In this document: positions 17,001-24,110 of the stretch, one piece after another
Numbering within the stretch: the first letter of the stretch is position 1
Layout of the letters: each line of letters starts with the position of its first letter
Program-made: the position numbers and the translations under genes
Notes under the pieces: generated by a model
What the model was told of the DNA's origin: nothing
Seen by the model: only the letters and a program-made list of their open reading frames with translations
Database searches by the model: none
Source of the DNA: an uncultured Planctomycetia bacterium
GTDB lineage: Bacteria > Planctomycetota > CAYHQZ01
Length of the DNA stretch: 40,089 bases
Direction: 5' to 3'
Assembly (NCBI GenBank): GCA_964358555.1
Contig: CAYHQZ010000002.1
Location: 1-40,089 of the forward strand

Positions 17001-17179
17001 ACGACGTCGGCCTTCGAGATCCCGAGCGGCACCCCCTTGCCGTCCACCTGCACCACGAGCGCGGGCGAGCCTTCGAAGCCCGCTTCCGCCGGCGCCGCGG
17101 CCCGCGCGGCGGGATAGAAGGCGGCGGCGATAACGAGGAAGGAAAGAACGACGGCGAGCAGAATCCGCTTCGCGTTCAT
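14069..17179 (-). CDS. VIT domain - von Willebrand factor A - TPR-like - DUF2135-type C-terminal domain giant secreted protein
   Basis: AAGGAG SD before ATG 17179. The signal peptide is [27 protein letters not shown]. The VIT-like segment is [57 protein letters not shown]. The vWA MIDAS motif is ALFWDTSGS. The C-terminus [47 protein letters not shown] is typical of the DUF2135-type domain. The stop is TAA. Confidence 0.92.
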   Translation of the reverse strand: [1036 protein letters not shown]

Positions 17180-17263
17180 CGTGGCTCCTTGGGGAAGGGG
17201 TGGTGTTCCCGGATTCTAAGCCATGCCAGGAAACGGGTAGATTGCCGGGCGCATGAAATCGGC

Positions 17264-17291
17264 TTGATGCCAAACATGCGTATGGCATAAT
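17264..17291 (+). promoter_or_regulatory. sigma70-like promoter, second copy of the shared cassette promoter module
   Basis: TTGATG (17264-17269), 16-nt spacer, CATAAT (17286-17291). The 17-mer gcttgatgccaaacatg (17262-17278) is identical to 7723-7739. A second perfect TATAAT lies closer to the gene, at about 17383-17388. Confidence 0.35.
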
Positions 17292-17420
17292 AGTTTTGCC
17301 ATGCCTGTCGCCACGAGCCCCTTCATCCCCTTGCCGTTCTTTTGCGTTCCCGCGCGCTGGGAAGGCCTACCGGCACGGGGCTATAATGTCGCGGATGGCG
17401 ATGGAAATTAAGGATCCCAA

Positions 17421-17690
17421 ATGCCCGAACTCTCCCGGTTTTTCGGCCTTGTCGTGCGTATGTTTCGCGAACTCGGCGCTCCGCATCATGCACCCCATTT
17501 TCACGCCTATTATCAGGAAAGCGTCGGCGTCTTTTCCATCGAACCCGTGGAACTCATTGCGGGCTCCCTGCCAAACCGTCAGCGCCGGTTGGTGGAAGCC
17601 TGGGCCGAGCTCCACCAGCCCGAACTTCGCGCGGATTGGGAACTGTTGATGCAGGGCCAATCCCCGAATCCAATCGAGCCCCTCCGATGA
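17421..17690 (+). CDS. DUF4160-domain protein
   Basis: MPELSRFFGLVVRMFRELGAPHHAPHFHAYYQESVGVFSIE... is the hallmark DUF4160 motif (F.G..i.my..eH.pPHfHa.y.e). AAGGA lies upstream of ATG 17421. The stop overlaps the next start (ATGATGA). Confidence 0.88.
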   Translation: MPELSRFFGLVVRMFRELGAPHHAPHFHAYYQESVGVFSIEPVELIAGSLPNRQRRLVEAWAELHQPELRADWELLMQGQSPNPIEPLR

Positions 17691-18019
17691 TGAATACATC
17701 GCATACGCTTTCGAAGGTCACCGGTTTCCGAAAGGCAGGGGATTACGTTCTGGACATCTCCTTCGATGACGGAACCCGCCAGGTCATTGATTTTCTTCCG
17801 GTATTGCAAGGCGATTTGTTCGGTCCCCTTCGGGACCGTGCCCTCTTCGATCGAGTCGTGATAGATTCCGAATTCCACACGCTCGTATGGCCGAACGGGG
17901 CGGACTTCGATTCCGGAATGCTTCACGACTGGCCGTTGGTCAAGGAAGATTTCATCGCCCAGTGCCAGGGGCTATCCGCGTCCGGCCGCCAGAAGGGCGC
18001 CGGCCGGCCGGTCCGGTAG
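17687..18019 (+). CDS. DUF2442-domain protein
   Basis: The start ATG 17687 overlaps the DUF4160 stop. VTGFRKAGDYVLDISFDDGTRQVIDF...EFHTLVWPNGADFDSGMLHDW is the typical DUF2442 pattern. The DUF4160/DUF2442 gene pair is a recurrent two-gene cassette. Confidence 0.85.
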   Translation: MMNTSHTLSKVTGFRKAGDYVLDISFDDGTRQVIDFLPVLQGDLFGPLRDRALFDRVVIDSEFHTLVWPNGADFDSGMLHDWPLVKEDFIAQCQGLSASGRQKGAGRPVR

Positions 18020-18029
18020 ACTGATTGGG

Positions 18030-18359
18030 ATGAGCGGGCGGATGTCCGGGGCGTGGGCGATGCTCGCGCTTCTTGCCGGTGCGGCGGCCTCCTGCCGGGA
18101 GCCGGCGGCGGTCGGCGTTCCGGCGGAGATGGAGGCGCCGCTTCCGGTGGGCGCCGCGGCTCGGCTCGGGACGCCGAGGCCCTTGACGGACATATCGACC
18201 GGCGAGGACATCGCGGCCCTCCAGGCCCCGTCCGAGATCCTCGGCCTCGCCTTTTCCCCTGACGGTCGCCGGGTCGCGACGGCGCACGCCGATCGGACGA
18301 TCCTGCTCTGGGACGTTCCGAAGCGTGCGAAAAGCGAGTCGCCGGCGCCCGGCCACTAG
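18030..18359 (+). CDS. lipoprotein-signal protein carrying a single WD40 blade (probable gene remnant)
   Basis: MSGRMSGAWAMLALLAGAAASC is lipobox-like. ILGLAFSPDGRRVATAHADRTILLWDV is one canonical WD40 repeat. The ORF ends 14 codons later at a TAG, and no WD40-like sequence follows in the same frame. Confidence 0.5.
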   Translation: MSGRMSGAWAMLALLAGAAASCREPAAVGVPAEMEAPLPVGAAARLGTPRPLTDISTGEDIAALQAPSEILGLAFSPDGRRVATAHADRTILLWDVPKRAKSESPAPGH

Positions 18360-18362
18360 GGG

Positions 18363-18391
18363 TTGCGGTCGGGCGGGAGGGTGCCTACAAT
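18363..18391 (+). promoter_or_regulatory. candidate promoter of top6B-top6A
   Basis: TTGCGG (18363-18368), 17-nt spacer, TACAAT (18386-18391). Confidence 0.3.
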
Positions 18392-18403
18392 CCGCGCGGC
18401 GCG

Positions 18404-20371
18404 GTGGTCGCGCTGGTGCGAGGGGCGGGGCGGCATTCAACACGCTTTTTTATTCCGATGAAATTCCGAATCCGACTCGCACCGACGACCTTTTCGGGCG
18501 GGGCTCCCGCCCAGCGGACGCTGTTTTCCGCTTCCGAATCTTCTCCTGACGCGGGGGGGCGCGCGGAACCTCCGAAGCCGAAGCGCGTTCCGGCCGAGCG
18601 CGCGCTTCCGGGCCGGCCCAAGGCGGCCGCCCCGGCTCCGCGGAAACCCCGCGCCGCCGAGAAACCGCCCTCCGCAAGCGACGATTCCGTCCCTTCCTCC
18701 GACGGCGAGGACGGCGTCCAGACGATCGCCCATGAACTGGCGAAGAAGCAGAAGGAAATCTCCGTCGCCGAGTTCTTCTCGAAGAACCGCCACCTCCTCG
18801 GCTTCGACTCGCCGAAGAAGGCGCTGCTCACCGCGGTGAAGGAGGCGGTGGACAACGCGCTGGATGCCTGCGAGGAGGCCAAGGTCCTGCCGGATATCGA
18901 GGTCGAAATCAAGCAGCTGGAGCAGGAGGATCGCTTCTCGCTGCGCGTCCGCGACAACGGCCCGGGCATCGTCCGCGCCCAGATCCCGCGCATTTTCGGC
19001 AAGCTGCTCTACGGCTCGAAGTTCCACCGCCTGAAGATGTCCCGCGGCCAGCAGGGCATCGGGATCTCGGCGGCCGGGATGTACGGCCAGATGACGACCG
19101 GCAAGCCCGTCCGGATCACGAGCCGGATCTCCGCGCGCCGCCCCGCCCAGTATTTCGAGATCCTCATCGACACCGGCAAGAACGAGCCGGTGGTCGCGAA
19201 GGAGGAGGAGGTCGCCGACCCGGGCTTCTCGCGCGGCACCGAAGTCGAGCTGACGCTGGTCGGGCGCTGGACGAAGGGCCGTGCCAGCGTCGACGAGTAC
19301 CTGGAGCAGACGGCCATCGCGAATCCGCACGTCGAGATGGTCTACACGGCGCCCGACGGGACGAAGCTCAAATTCCCGCGAGGCTCGAAGGTCCTGCCCG
19401 CCGAGCCCACGGAAATCCAGCCCCATCCGCGCGGCATCGAGTTGGGCATGCTCATGAAGATGCTCAAGGAGACGCAGTCGAGGCGCCTCTCGGCCTTCCT
19501 GCACACGGAATTCTCGCGCGTGTCCACGGCGGTCGCGCGGCGACTCTGCCAGACGGCGAATCTTTCCGACAAGGCGCGCCCCAAGCGCGTTTCCCACGAG
19601 GAGGCAGAAAGGCTCTTCCAGGCGATCCAGAACTCGAAGTTCATGAATCCGCCGACGGATTGCCTCTCGCCGATCGGCGAGCCCCAGATCCTCGCGGGCC
19701 TGAAAAAGGAGGTCCGCGCGCACTTCTATACGGCCGTGACGCGTCCCCCGTCGGTCTATCGCGGCCGGCCCTTCCAGATCGAGGCGGGACTCGCCTACGG
19801 GGGCGAGATGACGCCGAAGGAGGGAGAGGAGACCGGCGCCCAGGAGCCGGTGCGGCTCCTTCGCTTCGCGAACCGCGTCCCGCTCATCTACCAGCAGGGC
19901 GCCTGCGGAATCACCGAGTCCGTCATCGATACCGCCTGGCGCTCCTACGGCCTCTCGCAGCACAAGGGCGCGCTGCCCCTCGGCCCCGCGGTCCTCTTCG
20001 TCCACTTCGCCTCCGTCTGGGTCCCGTTCACGAGCGAGTCGAAGGAGGCCATCGCGCACTATCCGGAGCTCACGACCGAGATGAAGCGCGCGCTCCAGGA
20101 GGCCGGCCGGCGGCTCGGGACGTATCTTAGCCGCCGCCGCAACGCCGAAACCCAGATGAAGCGGCGCGCCGTCTTCACCCACTACGTCGGCGAGGTCGCC
20201 TCGAGCGTTTCGCGCCTCACGGGCGAGCCGCGACAGGCCCTGTACGATCAGCTCCTGAAAATCGCCGAGAAGAAGACGAAGGCGGCAGAACTGGCCGACC
20301 GCAAGGTCGCCGACGGCTACGACTCGATCGCGGACCTGCCCAGCACGATCGTCATCGAGGAGGAGAGCTAG
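18404..20371 (+). CDS. top6B: DNA topoisomerase VI subunit B (GHKL/Bergerat ATPase) with a basic Pro-rich N-terminal extension
   Basis: ISVAEFFSKNRHLLGFD, the N-box KEAVDNALDA, the G1 box VRDNGPGI, KLLYGSKFH and the G2 box SRGQQGIGIS are all present. The start is uncertain: GTG 18404 or ATG 18458. Either way about 85-100 residues (..PPKPKRVPAERALPGRPKAAAPAPRKPRAAEKPP..) precede the conserved core. Confidence 0.92.
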   Translation: MVALVRGAGRHSTRFFIPMKFRIRLAPTTFSGGAPAQRTLFSASESSPDAGGRAEPPKPKRVPAERALPGRPKAAAPAPRKPRAAEKPPSASDDSVPSSDGEDGVQTIAHELAKKQKEISVAEFFSKNRHLLGFDSPKKALLTAVKEAVDNALDACEEAKVLPDIEVEIKQLEQEDRFSLRVRDNGPGIVRAQIPRIFGKLLYGSKFHRLKMSRGQQGIGISAAGMYGQMTTGKPVRITSRISARRPAQYFEILIDTGKNEPVVAKEEEVADPGFSRGTEVELTLVGRWTKGRASVDEYLEQTAIANPHVEMVYTAPDGTKLKFPRGSKVLPAEPTEIQPHPRGIELGMLMKMLKETQSRRLSAFLHTEFSRVSTAVARRLCQTANLSDKARPKRVSHEEAERLFQAIQNSKFMNPPTDCLSPIGEPQILAGLKKEVRAHFYTAVTRPPSVYRGRPFQIEAGLAYGGEMTPKEGEETGAQEPVRLLRFANRVPLIYQQGACGITESVIDTAWRSYGLSQHKGALPLGPAVLFVHFASVWVPFTSESKEAIAHYPELTTEMKRALQEAGRRLGTYLSRRRNAETQMKRRAVFTHYVGEVASSVSRLTGEPRQALYDQLLKIAEKKTKAAELADRKVADGYDSIADLPSTIVIEEES

Positions 20372-20374
20372 ACG

Positions 20375-21481
20375 ATGGCGCGAGACAAGGCGAAGGAGGC
20401 GGAGGTCGCGCGGCGCGTGGTGGCGCTCGGCGAAATCGTCGTCCGTGCGGCGGCGGCAGGCGAGGATCCCACGTTCAAGATTCCCATCCGGGCGCTCTCG
20501 AACTCCCGCTGGAACCCGAAACGCTCCATCATCGAACTCGGCGACGCCACGCAGGAGCGATCTCTCTTCGACCTCGGCATGGCGAAGAAGTTCATGCAGT
20601 CCTGCCTTGTCGCCTCCGGCGTGCGGGATCTCCTGAAGGAACAGAAGACCACCAGCATCCGCGATCTCTTCTACATGGTGAAGCACACCATCCCCGGCAC
20701 CGACGAGAACTCGTTTGACGAGCAGGAGGAGTCCGACGCCGTCATCGAGGACCTCGAGGTGACGGTGAACTCGCTCCGGGAGGAACTGCACCTCTTCGCC
20801 GAGAACCGAGGCGCGCTGGTCGGCGAAATCACGATCCGGGATCGCGGCGACATCATCGACGGCCGGAGAATGGGCTCCGGCGGCTGGTCCATCCCGTCCA
20901 TCGTCGAGCCGGAAGTCATCGAGTTCGTGAAGTGCACGGCGAAATACATCCTGCTGGTCGAGAAGGGCGCGGTCTGGAACCGCTTCAACGAGGACAAATA
21001 CTGGGAGCGGGAGAAGTGCATCCTGGTCCACGGCCAGGGACAGCCCCCGCGCGGGGTCCGGCGGCTTTTATCGCGGATGACGAGCGAATTGCGCCTTCCG
21101 CTCTATGTCCTCGTCGACAACGACCCCTGGGGCTACTACATCTACTCCGTCGTCAAGCAGGGGTCGATCAATCTCGCCTACGAGTCCTTGCGGATGGCGG
21201 TCCCCTCCGCCCGCTTCGTGGGCCTCTCCGCGTTCGATCCGGAGAAATACCGGCTCCCGAAGGACGTCCAGATCCGGCTCGATCCCAAGGACGTCTCGCG
21301 CGCCAAGGAAATCATGGCCTACCCCTGGTTCAAGGGCCGCCGCGGCTGGCCGCGCGAAATCAAGAAGATGCTCGACAACGGCTTCAAACTCGAAATCGAA
21401 GCCCTGTCCCGCAAGGGCATCTCGTTTATCACCGAGGAATACCTGCCGAGGAAGCTGAAGGAGAAGGACTGGCTGGAGTAG
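20375..21481 (+). CDS. top6A: DNA topoisomerase VI subunit A (Spo11-type)
   Basis: ATG lies 3 nt after the top6B stop, with GAGGAGGAG upstream. The catalytic-Tyr region is SIRDLFYMVKH. The Toprim glutamate is in ILLVEKGAVW and the DxD is in LYVLVDNDPWGYYIYS. Confidence 0.93.
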   Translation: MARDKAKEAEVARRVVALGEIVVRAAAAGEDPTFKIPIRALSNSRWNPKRSIIELGDATQERSLFDLGMAKKFMQSCLVASGVRDLLKEQKTTSIRDLFYMVKHTIPGTDENSFDEQEESDAVIEDLEVTVNSLREELHLFAENRGALVGEITIRDRGDIIDGRRMGSGGWSIPSIVEPEVIEFVKCTAKYILLVEKGAVWNRFNEDKYWEREKCILVHGQGQPPRGVRRLLSRMTSELRLPLYVLVDNDPWGYYIYSVVKQGSINLAYESLRMAVPSARFVGLSAFDPEKYRLPKDVQIRLDPKDVSRAKEIMAYPWFKGRRGWPREIKKMLDNGFKLEIEALSRKGISFITEEYLPRKLKEKDWLE

Positions 21482-21675
21482 GGGTGGGAAAGCGGCGTTG
21501 GAGCAGGGGGCTTTTCCGGCGCCGCAATCGCTTCTCGGGCAAGGAATTGGGATGAGGGAGGAGGGGGCGGATCTTTTTTCGGAACCGGTTGGGTATTGCC
21601 CCTCCATGCCCGGCATGAATACCATAGGGGGAACCCCCAGAAGGTCGCATCGCTTCTGGAAATGGAGGAAAAGAT

Positions 21676-23376
21676 ATGCTACGGGCGCTGAAGAACTTCG
21701 GGCCGCTTTCGTTGTTCGTCCTCGTGACTCTCCTGGCCGCGGGGGATGCGTTCTCGGCGGCCAAGGGCAAGGGCAAGAAGGCGCCGGAAGCCCCGGCCGA
21801 GGCCCCGCCGGCGGATCCGGCCGCGGTGCCGCCGCCCCCGCCGCTCGCCGAGTACATCGAGGACGCGGCGAATGGCTTCAAGATCCAGCCCCCGAACGGC
21901 TGGACCCGCGAGGACCCGACGGTCGTGACGCTGCCGACGGGGATCGTGATGTCCTACGTCGGGACGCCGTCCGTCGCCGGCACGCGGGCGCCCCGCTATT
22001 ACGTCTTCATCGAGACGAACGCCGATACCCTCGACGCCTACTGGGCCGGCAAGAAGGCCGCCGCCGCGGCCGCGAGCACGACGTTCAAGGAGGTCGTTCC
22101 GCCCGCGCTCGTGAAGCATCCCAACGTGGCCCTCGGCACGCCGGTCCCCGCCGACGAGCCTTCCGAGGCCCTTTACGTCCAGACGGCGGACACCGAGAAG
22201 GAAGCCACCGTCCAGACCCTCGAGGTCTTCTGCGCGTTCCCGGACGGCGCCCGGAAGCTCGTCCTGATCTGCTCCGCCCTCCAGGCGGACTACCCCAAGC
22301 TCTACTCCGACATCTTCGTGCCCTCCTTCAAGACGATGCGGTTCGTCGAGAAGCCGCCGGGCTACGAGGGGCCGGGGCCGGACCCGGGCACGACGACGCC
22401 GCCGCCGGACTCCGGCGGGACCGAGGAGCCGACGCCCCCCGTCGAGGAGCCCGCCCCGAAGACGGGCAAGACCCCCGTGGAGCCCCCGGCGGCCCCGGAG
22501 AACACCCCGCCCGATCTCGGCAAGCTCCCGGCGCAGGTCCGCGTCCCCATCGGCGAGACCGCGACGATCAAGCTCCAGGCGACCGATCCCGACAAGAAGG
22601 AGAGGCTGACCTTCTCCGCGGATCCGGTGCCGGAGGGCGCGACGATCAATCCGAAGACGGGGCTGTTCAACTTCTCGCCCAAGGGCAAGCCCGGCTCGAT
22701 CACGGTGACCTTCACGGTGACCGACTCCCAGGGCGCCTCGGATACGGAGGTCGTCGAGTTCGTCGTCCTGCGGGGCGGCCCGCCGGCGATCACCGTCGAG
22801 GGAAGCACCGAAGGCAAGGCCGGCGAGACGGTCCGGTTCACGGTGACCGCGGCCTATCCGGACGGGACGAAGGTGCCGGTGACCGCCGTCAAGATCCCCA
22901 AGACCGCGAAATTTGCCGCCGGCGTCTTCACGATGAAGTCCCCCGTCGCCGGCGAATTCCCCGTGGTCTTCACCGCGACGGACGCCTCGGGACAGAAGGC
23001 GACGGAGACCGTCACGGTGGCGTTCAAGGCCGTTCGGACGGACCCGCCCAAGATTTCCGTGGAGGGCAGCCGCGAGGCGAAGGTCGGCGAGACGATCCGA
23101 CTGACCGTGAAGGCCGTCCTTTCCGACGGCACGAAAGTGTCCGTGGCTGCCGCGAAGCTTCCCAAGGGCGCCAAGTTCGCCGGCGGCGTCTTCACGATGA
23201 AGTCGAGCCAGCCGGGCGAGCACTCGCTGACCTTCACGGCGCTGGACCCGGCGACGACGCTGAAGGCCACGGAGAGCGTTTCGATCTCGTTCAAGGGAGC
23301 CGCTCCGCCGCCTCCGCCCCCGCCGCCGGACAAGAAGAAGCCTCCCGCCAAGGAGAAAGGAACCACGCCTCCGTGA
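21676..23376 (+). CDS. secreted protein with a cadherin/He_PIG-like Ig domain and two tandem Ig-like repeats
   Basis: GGAGGA SD before ATG 21676. The signal peptide is MLRALKNFGPLSLFVLVTLLAAGDAFSA. IGETATIKLQATDPDKKERLTFSADPVPEGATINPKTGLFNFSP...VTFTVTDSQGASD is a putative-Ig (dystroglycan/cadherin-like) signature. Two 88-aa repeats follow, and the tail is poly-Pro/Lys. Confidence 0.85.
   Translation: MLRALKNFGPLSLFVLVTLLAAGDAFSAAKGKGKKAPEAPAEAPPADPAAVPPPPPLAEYIEDAANGFKIQPPNGWTREDPTVVTLPTGIVMSYVGTPSVAGTRAPRYYVFIETNADTLDAYWAGKKAAAAAASTTFKEVVPPALVKHPNVALGTPVPADEPSEALYVQTADTEKEATVQTLEVFCAFPDGARKLVLICSALQADYPKLYSDIFVPSFKTMRFVEKPPGYEGPGPDPGTTTPPPDSGGTEEPTPPVEEPAPKTGKTPVEPPAAPENTPPDLGKLPAQVRVPIGETATIKLQATDPDKKERLTFSADPVPEGATINPKTGLFNFSPKGKPGSITVTFTVTDSQGASDTEVVEFVVLRGGPPAITVEGSTEGKAGETVRFTVTAAYPDGTKVPVTAVKIPKTAKFAAGVFTMKSPVAGEFPVVFTATDASGQKATETVTVAFKAVRTDPPKISVEGSREAKVGETIRLTVKAVLSDGTKVSVAAAKLPKGAKFAGGVFTMKSSQPGEHSLTFTALDPATTLKATESVSISFKGAAPPPPPPPPDKKKPPAKEKGTTPP
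22780..23307 (+). repeat. 2 x 264-nt tandem coding repeat (88-aa Ig-like modules)
   Basis: PPAITVEGSTEGKAGETVRFTVTAAYPDGTKVPVTAVKIPKTAKFAAGVFTMKSPVAGEFPVVFTATDASGQKATETVTVAFKAV aligns with PPKISVEGSREAKVGETIRLTVKAVLSDGTKVSVAAAKLPKGAKFAGGVFTMKSSQPGEHSLTFTALDPATTLKATESVSISFKGA. The unit starts are at 22780 and 23044. Confidence 0.75.
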
Positions 23377-24110
23377 ACGCGACATCCCGTTTCCTTGCCG
23401 CTGGAGCGATTGCCTGCGCCTTCGGGCTGCTTTCTTTGACTCCCGCGTCGGCCCAGGAGGATCTCGTGGGCCGCCCGCCGGGGCCTTCGCCATCGAATTC
23501 CGATGCGACCCTGCCGGCGCCGCCCGACCCCAAGCAGGACCTCCGGACGTTCGCGAACAAGCTCTTCTCGATCATCGAATTCGGCGATGACCAGGCCGAG
23601 AAGATGCGGTCCCGGGTGAACGAGATGATCCAGGCCCGCCTCGTTCCGGGGCAGAAGGACGCCTTCCAGAAGGCCACCCAGGGCGTCGCCGGGGACGCAA
23701 AGCCCTCCGAGGTCGCCAAGCGCTACGTCCAGATCCTGCTCGACAACAAGGCCGTCGATCTGCTGCCCAGCCAGGCGGTCGGCTTCCTGGAGGATCTCCG
23801 GAAGGCCGCGCAGGAAATCCTGACGCAGGAGCAGCTCGTCGCGATCGGGATGGCGGAGAAGCCCGCCACGCCGGCGGATCTCCCGAAGCCCCCCGCGACG
23901 ACGGGCGGGACCGGCGGAGACACGACGCCTCCGGACGCGGGGACGACGCCCCCGGCGGACGGCGACAAGAAGCCCGCGACCGGCGGCAAGAAGACCCCGG
24001 GCAAGAAGACCCCGGGCAAGAAGACGCCGGGCAAAAAGACGCCGGGCAAGAAGGGCGGCGGGGAGAAGAAGCCGCCGCCGGCGCCGAAGGAAGAGGGCGG
24101 GGCGGAATGA
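23373..24110 (+). CDS. secreted protein with a Pro-rich linker and a (GKKTP)n lysine-repeat tail
   Basis: The GTG at 23373 overlaps the upstream stop (GTGA). The signal peptide is NATSRFLAAGAIACAFGLLSLTPASAQE. The C-terminus is ...GGKKTPGKKTPGKKTPGKKTPGKKGGGEKKPPPAPKEEGGAE. The stop overlaps the next start (ATGA). Confidence 0.7.
   Translation: MNATSRFLAAGAIACAFGLLSLTPASAQEDLVGRPPGPSPSNSDATLPAPPDPKQDLRTFANKLFSIIEFGDDQAEKMRSRVNEMIQARLVPGQKDAFQKATQGVAGDAKPSEVAKRYVQILLDNKAVDLLPSQAVGFLEDLRKAAQEILTQEQLVAIGMAEKPATPADLPKPPATTGGTGGDTTPPDAGTTPPADGDKKPATGGKKTPGKKTPGKKTPGKKTPGKKGGGEKKPPPAPKEEGGAE
23985..24053 (+). repeat. 15-nt tandem repeat, about 4.5 units (ggcaagaagaccccg), encoding GKKTP
   Basis: The units start at 23985, 24000, 24015 and 24030, with a partial unit at 24045. 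Only third-position differences separate them (acc/acg, aag/aaa). Confidence 0.85.

Noticed and set aside
13898-17290. 1130-aa plus-strand ORF and 675-aa minus-strand ORF (15261..17288) overlapping the VIT-vWA gene
   Set aside because: Arg/Gly/Leu-rich shadow frames. The minus-strand frame 14069..17179 carries clear VIT, MIDAS and C-terminal domain motifs.
17296-17649. 117-aa ORF starting right after the 17264-17291 promoter and overlapping the DUF4160 gene
   Set aside because: It is Cys/Ser/Pro-rich with no recognisable fold. It overlaps the well-supported DUF4160 frame, which has its own SD and a TATAAT nearer to it.
18437-21031. 864-aa minus-strand ORF across top6B and top6A, and the analogous 36283..39714 (1143 aa) and 35988..37487 ORFs across smc
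   Set aside because: They are antisense to genes with unmistakable catalytic motifs and have low-complexity Arg/Gly/Asp/Leu composition.
21560-21585. T6 run (gatcttttttcgg) after top6A, considered as an intrinsic terminator
   Set aside because: I could not find a convincing GC-rich stem immediately upstream of the T-run; only distant 4-6 bp complementarities exist.
23985-24053. Short tandem repeat array considered as a CRISPR-like or VNTR non-coding repeat
   Set aside because: The units are 15 nt, contiguous and without spacers, in frame, and encode GKKTP within a CDS. This is a coding microsatellite-type repeat, not a CRISPR array.
21498-24110. 870-aa track ORF, and the upstream extensions of track ORFs 4424..6898, 8231..9433, 13363..14079, 32396..33127, 33027..35294 and 34624..35679
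   Set aside because: In this GC-rich DNA, stop-poor frames stay open far upstream of the real starts. The upstream parts overlap better-supported genes or the tRNA. Starts were instead placed at codons with an SD, a signal peptide or the family N-terminus.
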